From an uncultured Thiopseudomonas sp. (GTDB lineage: Bacteria; Pseudomonadota; Gammaproteobacteria; Pseudomonadales; Pseudomonadaceae): DNA of 54,805 nt. Shown here piece by piece: positions 46,636 through 54,805 of the stretch (the first letter of the stretch is position 1; each line of letters opens with the position of its first letter). The position numbers and the translations under genes were made by a program. The notes beneath the pieces were generated by a model. The model saw only the letters and a list, made by a program, of their open reading frames with translations, ran no database searches and was not told the origin of the DNA. The stretch is from contig CAZBXG010000001.1 of the NCBI GenBank assembly GCA_964495925.1, forward strand, positions 21,336 through 76,140, written 5' to 3'.

Positions 46636-47202
46636 TTATGGGGTGTTTTGGCGAGCCAGGTCTTTGATGTGAAGTAGCCAGGCCGGATTGAGTTCGGGTT
46701 GTTCCAGTTCAAGCTGCATGGCTGACATGGCGGCAGCGTGGGCATCCATTTCGTGGACCAGGTCGCTGGCTGCGCTGGAATTGCCGTCAAGAGAGTGCAT
46801 GTGATACAGCGCCTGGTGATAAAAACGCAGCAGCAGCATGGCTTGCGGGTCCTGTTGTTCGACTGCCGCTTTGAGCTGGTGCATCTGGTTGGTAATGCTC
46901 ATTAGGCTGCGCTTGAGTCGCCAGCTATATACTGATGCGCTCATCCAGTCCTGCTTGATAAATAGCCCGCCGACCAGTGCCGACGTCAGCAGAAGACCCA
47001 ATCCGACACCAGTCAGGTTCCACTTGAAGTTGTTGCCACCGGTTTCGCCAAAGACGGTTACCAGCAAAGCAGACAGCAGCATGGCGGAAATGGCAAATAC
47101 AATAATGATGCGAATTGACGCTTTGCGTGTGGCGGCCCGAAACTGTTCGGGATCAGCCTGCTGCAGGCGAAATGGTCGGGTGCGGTTTTGGGCTGATTGC
47201 AT
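46636..47202 (-). CDS. DUF3087-like small membrane protein
   Basis: Two TM helices, NNFKWNL.GV and Y.W.LKR motifs; start uncertain (47202 or 47235). Confidence 0.7.
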   Translation of the reverse strand: MQSAQNRTRPFRLQQADPEQFRAATRKASIRIIIVFAISAMLLSALLVTVFGETGGNNFKWNLTGVGLGLLLTSALVGGLFIKQDWMSASVYSWRLKRSLMSITNQMHQLKAAVEQQDPQAMLLLRFYHQALYHMHSLDGNSSAASDLVHEMDAHAAAMSAMQLELEQPELNPAWLLHIKDLARQNTP

Positions 47203-47346
47203 GGTGATCCAAACCAGGTAAAAGAAAGTTGGCATTGTAGCAGAAAGCGTTCTGCAGGTTGGTTTGGCAGGCAGTGAACTCGGGGTGGCTGTGGTCCTGG
47301 AAAAAGGTGGTTCAGGGACTGGTTTGGAATAAAAACAGAAATGAGC

Positions 47347-47374
47347 TTGACGAGTCGGAATTAGCCCCTATAAT
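47347..47374 (+). promoter_or_regulatory. Sigma70 promoter of tRNA-fMet
   Basis: TTGACG-N16-TATAAT, A-rich upstream stretch, GC discriminator aggcgc. Confidence 0.8.
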
Positions 47375-47380
47375 AGGCGC

Positions 47381-47457
<77 letters not shown>

Positions 47458-47463
47458 GACAAC

Positions 47464-47499
47464 AAAAGCCTCATTGGTGAAAGCCAGTGGGGCTTTTTT
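47464..47499 (+). terminator. Terminator after tRNA-fMet
   Basis: aaaagcctcattgg-tgaaag-ccagtggggctttttt. Confidence 0.85.
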
Positions 47500-47687
47500 G
47501 TGTGCGTAATCTTTTAAGAGTTGAGGTCTGCACGAAGCCTGGTGTGATGCAGTCAGCATTGCTCTGTATGGTTGAGGGCTTGCTGCAATATAAAAGTGGG
47601 CTACAGTTTTTGGGTTTTGCTTTTGAGCGTTTTTACAGTGGTGCATTACGAGCTTTCAATTGGGAATCACTGGCTTTACCCAATTGA

Positions 47688-49295
47688 TCAGCCTTGGTAA
47701 CGCTGTGCATTTTTCAAAAAATGCTGAGTGAGTGCATCCAGCTCGTCCATTTCGTTACTTAGTTCTAGGTACCCGGACTGGGCTGTACTGGCTACTTTGT
47801 GGGCGATCTCGGCGCGCTGATCAAGTTCATTCATGAGTGCCCTTGTGTGCTCGCATAGTGCCGACTGGCCTTGCATGGACTGGAGGATTTGGGAGGCCTG
47901 AATTCCGATGGCTTCAACCTCGGTAGCAATTTGCCCAAGATCTACACCCACCCGCTGAGCGGTTTGAGTTGTCAGGGCCGAGTTTTTTACGCCGGCAGCA
48001 ATAGCTCGCTCTGAGTTTTGTGCAGTTTGTTGCAGACGCTCAATAATGATTTTTATCTGTGCGGTTGATTGGTCGGTTTGGCCAGCCAGCTTACGAACCT
48101 CGTCAGCCACCACGGCAAAACCGCGACCAGACTCTCCGGCGCGAGCGGCTTCAATAGCGGCGTTGAGCGCGAGCAGGTTGGTTTGTTGTGAAATTTGTGT
48201 GATTGCTTCCAGCATGGTGCCGATTTCGCCTGTTTGTTCGGCTGTGGCCTGAACCAGATGTCGTACCCCCTGTAGTTCGTCGCTGAGTGCTGCAATGTCA
48301 GCGAGTAATGCTTCAATGGCCTGACGTGCATCGGCTCCAGCCATGCCCGACTCTTGTGCGGCGCTGGTCATAGCCATGGTGCTCTGATTAATCTGTAGTT
48401 GCCCTGTTGCGAGGCTATTCATTGCCGTGATGACTTCCCCAGTAAACTGGGTCTGCTGATTCAAGGCTTGCATGACTTGTTCAATATTACTGCTGGCAGT
48501 ATTGCCTGTTTTTTGTACGACCTGAATGCTGCAGCCCAGCCTTGATACGATAGCCAGTACTTCCGCCTCTCTGACTCCAAGTGAATACTCAATGGCTCCC
48601 AGATCACATTGTTTGCCTGTATAGACGGGTGTCATGGCTGGGTTATCAGATATGGCACGAGCTTTATTGGCAAGCTGTGCTACCCGATAAGTGCTGTACA
48701 GAACGCCCAGGATACCGGTGACTCCGGTTAGGGCAGCTGTCCAGTACAGCCCAAGCTCCAGAGAGGCAGCTGCAATAGAAACGCCAGTGATGATGGCGAT
48801 GCTGGTAGCGGGCACTAAGACTGCATGGAGACGCTTGGGCAGCGATTTGGTTTCAGCCGGGACTCTGCCAACACCCGTATCTGCTTTTGCCAACTGCCCG
48901 TATATTTTGCTGGCTCGCTCCTTGGTGCTATCGAAAGGCACGCTGCGCACAGACTGATAGCCAATGGTTTTACCGTAGCGGGTAATGGGTGTTATGAACG
49001 CATCTACCCAGTAGTAATTGCCTTCTTTGGTGCGGTTTTTGACGAGTCCACGCCAGCACTTTCCTGCTTGCAAGGTTGTCCACAGGTTGGCAAATGCTGC
49101 TCGGGGCATATCCGGGTGCCGGATAATATTGTGGGGCTGGCCAATAAGCTCCTCGCGGCTATACCCGGATACCCGAGTAAAGGCATCGTTTACATAAGTG
49201 ATTTTACCGCGACAATCGGTTGCAGAAATCAGCTGCTCGGTTATGGCAAATTTGATTTCTGTGTCTTGTACAGTTCGTTTTTTCATGATGCTCAT
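47688..49295 (-). CDS. aer: Aer-type PAS(FAD) methyl-accepting chemotaxis protein
   Basis: PAS motif [16 protein letters not shown]...W.G.VKNR.K.G.YYWV; hydrophobic hairpin; MCP tip [34 protein letters not shown]. Confidence 0.88.
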   Translation of the reverse strand: MSIMKKRTVQDTEIKFAITEQLISATDCRGKITYVNDAFTRVSGYSREELIGQPHNIIRHPDMPRAAFANLWTTLQAGKCWRGLVKNRTKEGNYYWVDAFITPITRYGKTIGYQSVRSVPFDSTKERASKIYGQLAKADTGVGRVPAETKSLPKRLHAVLVPATSIAIITGVSIAAASLELGLYWTAALTGVTGILGVLYSTYRVAQLANKARAISDNPAMTPVYTGKQCDLGAIEYSLGVREAEVLAIVSRLGCSIQVVQKTGNTASSNIEQVMQALNQQTQFTGEVITAMNSLATGQLQINQSTMAMTSAAQESGMAGADARQAIEALLADIAALSDELQGVRHLVQATAEQTGEIGTMLEAITQISQQTNLLALNAAIEAARAGESGRGFAVVADEVRKLAGQTDQSTAQIKIIIERLQQTAQNSERAIAAGVKNSALTTQTAQRVGVDLGQIATEVEAIGIQASQILQSMQGQSALCEHTRALMNELDQRAEIAHKVASTAQSGYLELSNEMDELDALTQHFLKNAQRYQG

Positions 49296-49690
49296 ACTTT
49301 TGTTTTGATTATGAGTTGCATCAGTACGGGGCCGCTATCCCTATGATGTTCAGTAAAGGACAGACTGCAGACGGCCTAAACTTCCGCGGATAATGACATG
49401 CTTTTAGCGGGTGCTTTTATGAGAATTACAAGATCGTGATATAGGTCAATTCATAGCCATATGCCATAAGGATGTCATATGACGAAATACTCAGCGGCAC
49501 TTCGGAGTTACTGCATCAATGAAGGTGTTTGACTAGTGACTTTAAGGGTTGCCGGACAAGCGGCAGGACAACAGAGAAGGTAGCTATATGATGTCTTTGC
49601 GGGGTGATTGCGCGTGCACAAAGGAGTGGGGGGCTGCCGACAGAGGTTGGACGAAATGGATAGGATTTCGCCAAATTTACGCCATGAAAT

Positions 49691-49725
49691 AAAAAAAGCC
49701 CCTAACTATCAAGTAGTTAAGGGCT
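49691..49725 (-). terminator. Terminator after tRNA-Leu(CAA)
   Basis: aaaaaaagcccctaacta-tcaag-tagttaagggct (T run on the minus strand). Confidence 0.8.
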
Positions 49726-49730
49726 GTATT

Positions 49731-49817
49731 TGGTGCCTCGGGGGAGAATCGAACTCCCACGTTGTTACCAACGGCGGATTTTGAATCCGCTGCGTCTACC
49801 AATTCCGCCACCGAGGC
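49731..49817 (-). tRNA. tRNA-Leu(CAA)
   Basis: 87 nt GCCTCGG...CCGAGGCACCA; anticodon arm GCGGA-TTCAAAA-TCCGC; long variable arm. Confidence 0.97.
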
Positions 49818-49827
49818 ATGGCGCGAG

Positions 49828-49856
49828 ATTATAGGGGGTGATTTGTATTAGGTCAA
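49828..49856 (-). promoter_or_regulatory. Sigma70 promoter of tRNA-Leu(CAA)
   Basis: Minus strand TTGACC-N17-TATAAT followed by GC-rich ctcgcgcc. Confidence 0.8.
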
Positions 49857-49925
49857 TTGCTTTTACATGGTCAGGAAGGGTTTTTTCCGTTAAGCTTTGC
49901 GCTCCAATTTTTTGATGTATGCCAG

Positions 49926-52090
<2,165 letters not shown>

Positions 52091-52119
52091 CTTTGCTTTA
52101 TAAACCCGAGGAGTAACAC

Positions 52120-52452
52120 ATGAGTTTTTTCATCCCTATGGCTTACGCTGACACCGCTGCTGGCGCCCCTCCCGGTGGCGAGTACATCCAGTTTCTGTTG
52201 CTGGGTGGTTTTTTGGTGGTGTTTTATATGATGGTCTGGCGTCCGCAATCCAAGCGCGCCAAAGAGCATCGCAACCTGATTGGTGGCCTGCAAAAAGGTG
52301 ATGAGGTAGTCACTACAGGCGGTATCGCTGGTCGCGTGACCAAAGTGGCTGACGATTTCATTATGGTTGAAGTAGCCGACAATATTGAGCTGCGCTTCCA
52401 AAAGCAGGCCGTTGTTGCCGCTTTGCCTAAAGGCACTCTGAAAGCCATCTAA
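52120..52452 (+). CDS. yajC: Translocase subunit YajC
   Basis: TM helix followed by RPQ, KGDEVVTTGG, PKGTLK. Confidence 0.96.
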   Translation: MSFFIPMAYADTAAGAPPGGEYIQFLLLGGFLVVFYMMVWRPQSKRAKEHRNLIGGLQKGDEVVTTGGIAGRVTKVADDFIMVEVADNIELRFQKQAVVAALPKGTLKAI

Positions 52453-52561
52453 TGCTTATTGGACGGAGCAGTGGGCCGCACATGACAAGTGTCCGGTTTG
52501 CTGCTCCGTTTTCTGCTTCAATCGCAAGCCGGTTTAGGCTTGCCCAATTATGGGCGATACC

Positions 52562-54427
52562 ATGCTCAACAAATACCCCTTGTGGAAGTACCTGCTGATT
52601 GCAGTGATACTTGCCATCAGTTTTATTTACGCCTTGCCCAACCTGTATCCCGATGATCCGGCGATTCAGATCAGCGGCAATAGCAGTGCGCTGGAAATTG
52701 GGCAGGCCGATCTGGACCGTGCCGAAAAAGCACTGGTTGCAGCTGGCATAGCAGTCAAGGCAACCGAACTGGCCCCGCGCGGTGGCTTGCTGCGCCTGAC
52801 CGACCAGGAAGACCAGTTGCCCGGAAAGGAAATTGTACGTCGCGCACTGGGCGACGACTATGTGGTGGCCCTGAACCTGGCGCAAACTACACCCGACTGG
52901 CTGCGTTCGCTGGGCGGTAGTCCGATGAAGCTGGGTCTGGACTTGTCCGGTGGTGTCCACTTCCTGTTGGAAGTGGATATGGAAAAAGCCATTACCGCCC
53001 GCCTGAAGGTGTATGACACCGAGGCGAAAAGCATTTTGCGTAAGGAGCGTATTCGCTACCGTAGCATGCCGGCGCTGGAGAACGGTATGCAGCTGGGCTT
53101 TGATGACAGCGCAACCCTGAATAAGGCCAGAGTCCTGCTGCGCAAGAGCTTCACTGATTTTGAGCAGCAGGTGGTTGAGCGTGGTGATCGTCAGGTGCTG
53201 CAGATGACCCTGTTGCCGAGCAAGATTACTGAAATTCGCGAATACTCCATCAAGCAGAACCTGACTACGGTGCGCAACCGGGTCAATGAGCTGGGTGTGG
53301 CCGAGCCATTGGTGCAGCGTCAGGGTGCCAACCGCATTGTGGTCGAGCTGCCAGGTGTGCAGGACACTGCCGAAGCCAAGCGTATTTTGGGTAAAACGGC
53401 GAGCCTTGAGTTCCGCCTGATGGCAGACTACGACGCCCCCAAGGCCGCAACCGAGATGTTCGACTTCCGTGAGGAAGGCCGTGCGCCGGTAGCACTGGAG
53501 CGCAGCGTGATTATCACGGGTGACCAGGTTACTGATGCTCAGGCCGGGTACGATGAAAATGGCCGCCCACAGGTGAATATTCGTCTGGATGGGCACGGCG
53601 GTGAGCTCATGAACCGTGCCACCCGTAGTTCCATTGGTCGTAGCATGGCGGTGATTTTTATCGAGCAACGTCCGGTGACCCGCTACGTTAAGGAAGTGGT
53701 GGACGGCGTTGAGCAGGAGGTAGCCATTCAGAGCTTCCGCGAAGAGAAGCAGGTGATCAGTCTGGCGACTATCCAGTCAGCGCTGGGTAGCCAGTTCCGT
53801 ATTACTGGACTGAACGGACAGGGCGAATCGTCCGAATTGGCACTGTTACTGCGTGCCGGCGGTCTGGCGGCACCGATGTACTTTGCCGAAGAGCGCACCA
53901 TTGGCCCCAGCTTGGGGGCCGAGAATATCGCGCTGGGTGTGAAGGCTGCAGTGTATGGATTTATCTTTGTGGCCGTCTTCATCCTGTTGATTTACAAGCT
54001 CTTTGGTTTGCTGGCGGTGTTGGCGTTGGGCCTGAACATGGTTAACCTCGTGGCGATGATGTCGTTGCTGGGTGCCACTCTGACCTTGCCGGGAATTGCG
54101 GGTATCGTACTGACCATGGGTATGGCGGTAGACGCCAACGTACTGATTTTCTCGCGGATTCGTGAAGAAATCGCCAATGGCATGTCAGTGCAGAGAGCGA
54201 TTCACGAGGGCTTTGATAAGGCGTTCTCGGCGATTCTGGACGGTAACCTGACGACCTTGCTGGTGGGGGTGATTTTGTTCGCCATGGGAACCGGCCCGAT
54301 TAAGGGCTTTGCCGTAACCCTGTCGCTGGGTATTGTCACGTCAGTGTTTACCGCTATCTTCGTCACGCGCGCCATGGTTAATCTGCTGTATGGCGGGCGC
54401 AATGACCTGAAGAAAATCTGGATTTAA
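52562..54427 (+). CDS. secD: Translocase subunit SecD
   Basis: MLNKYPLWKY, LGLDLSGG, RNRVNELGVAEP, GMAVDANVLI. Confidence 0.98.
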   Translation: MLNKYPLWKYLLIAVILAISFIYALPNLYPDDPAIQISGNSSALEIGQADLDRAEKALVAAGIAVKATELAPRGGLLRLTDQEDQLPGKEIVRRALGDDYVVALNLAQTTPDWLRSLGGSPMKLGLDLSGGVHFLLEVDMEKAITARLKVYDTEAKSILRKERIRYRSMPALENGMQLGFDDSATLNKARVLLRKSFTDFEQQVVERGDRQVLQMTLLPSKITEIREYSIKQNLTTVRNRVNELGVAEPLVQRQGANRIVVELPGVQDTAEAKRILGKTASLEFRLMADYDAPKAATEMFDFREEGRAPVALERSVIITGDQVTDAQAGYDENGRPQVNIRLDGHGGELMNRATRSSIGRSMAVIFIEQRPVTRYVKEVVDGVEQEVAIQSFREEKQVISLATIQSALGSQFRITGLNGQGESSELALLLRAGGLAAPMYFAEERTIGPSLGAENIALGVKAAVYGFIFVAVFILLIYKLFGLLAVLALGLNMVNLVAMMSLLGATLTLPGIAGIVLTMGMAVDANVLIFSRIREEIANGMSVQRAIHEGFDKAFSAILDGNLTTLLVGVILFAMGTGPIKGFAVTLSLGIVTSVFTAIFVTRAMVNLLYGGRNDLKKIWI

Positions 54428-54438
54428 GGGGCAGGACA

Positions 54439-54805
54439 ATGAAACGTACCATTAATTTCATGGGGGTTCGGGTATTTGCCGTCTCCATTACCCTGCTGCT
54501 AACACTGGCTTCACTGGGTGCGATTGCGGTCAAGGGGTTCAACTTTGGTCTCGATTTTACTGGCGGCACCCTGATTGAGCTGAACTATGAGGGTACTGCT
54601 GACCTCAACCGGATTCGTGAAGTGTTGCAAGGCAACGGCTATGCGGATGCGGTCGTACAGAGTTTTGGCTCGATCAACGATGTGCTAGTGCGTACGCCCG
54701 GTGATGATCCGGAGCTGGGCAATCAAATTGCTCGTGTATTGCAAACATCTGGCGCACAGGACTTTACCGTCAAGCGGGTCGAGTTTGTCGGCCCTGCGGT
54801 CGGTG
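54439..54805 (+). CDS. secF: Translocase subunit SecF, N-terminal part (3' truncated by window edge)
   Basis: Translated by eye: MKRTINFMG...GFNFGLDFTGGTLIE...RVEFVGPAVG; absent from the ORF track because it has no stop in the window. Confidence 0.95.
   Translation, partial: MKRTINFMGVRVFAVSITLLLTLASLGAIAVKGFNFGLDFTGGTLIELNYEGTADLNRIREVLQGNGYADAVVQSFGSINDVLVRTPGDDPELGNQIARVLQTSGAQDFTVKRVEFVGPAVG

Overview
About 55 kb of core chromosome from a gammaproteobacterium, most likely Pseudomonadaceae. The protein sequences and operon fragments are Pseudomonas-like, but the gene order is compacted and reshuffled; an outlying genus such as Thiopseudomonas or Halopseudomonas is plausible but cannot be determined here. 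In order: end of the dcw cluster (murD'-ftsW-murG-murC-ddl-ftsQAZ-lpxC), upp-uraA-HPRT, dciA, secA-argJ, mutT/ThiE-fusion, PduO-type adenosyltransferase, panE, REC-degenerate GGDEF, yajQ, YajG lipoprotein, miaA-hfq-hflXKC, hisZ-purA, two identical tRNA-Leu(CAG), rnr-rlmB, rpsF-rpsR-DUF2232-rplI-dnaB, psd-fimW-fimX-dusB-fis-purH-purD on the minus strand, a DUF3087 gene, tRNA-fMet, an Aer-type chemoreceptor, tRNA-Leu(CAA), and queA-tgt-yajC-secD-secF'. I see no integrase, transposase, CRISPR array, prophage or defence system, and no clearly new multi-gene system. The best leads are non-coding: an apparently leaderless initiator tRNA, a short promoter-hairpin-terminator unit ahead of hisZ-purA, a terminator-like hairpin in the hfq leader, and two long structured intergenic elements (one with a CsrA/RsmA consensus site). 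Also notable are an orphan response regulator with an intact c-di-GMP I-site and the unusual fimW-fimX-dusB-fis junction. All gene calls come from recognising sequence and motifs by eye. Comparisons with P. aeruginosa gene order are from memory and need checking.
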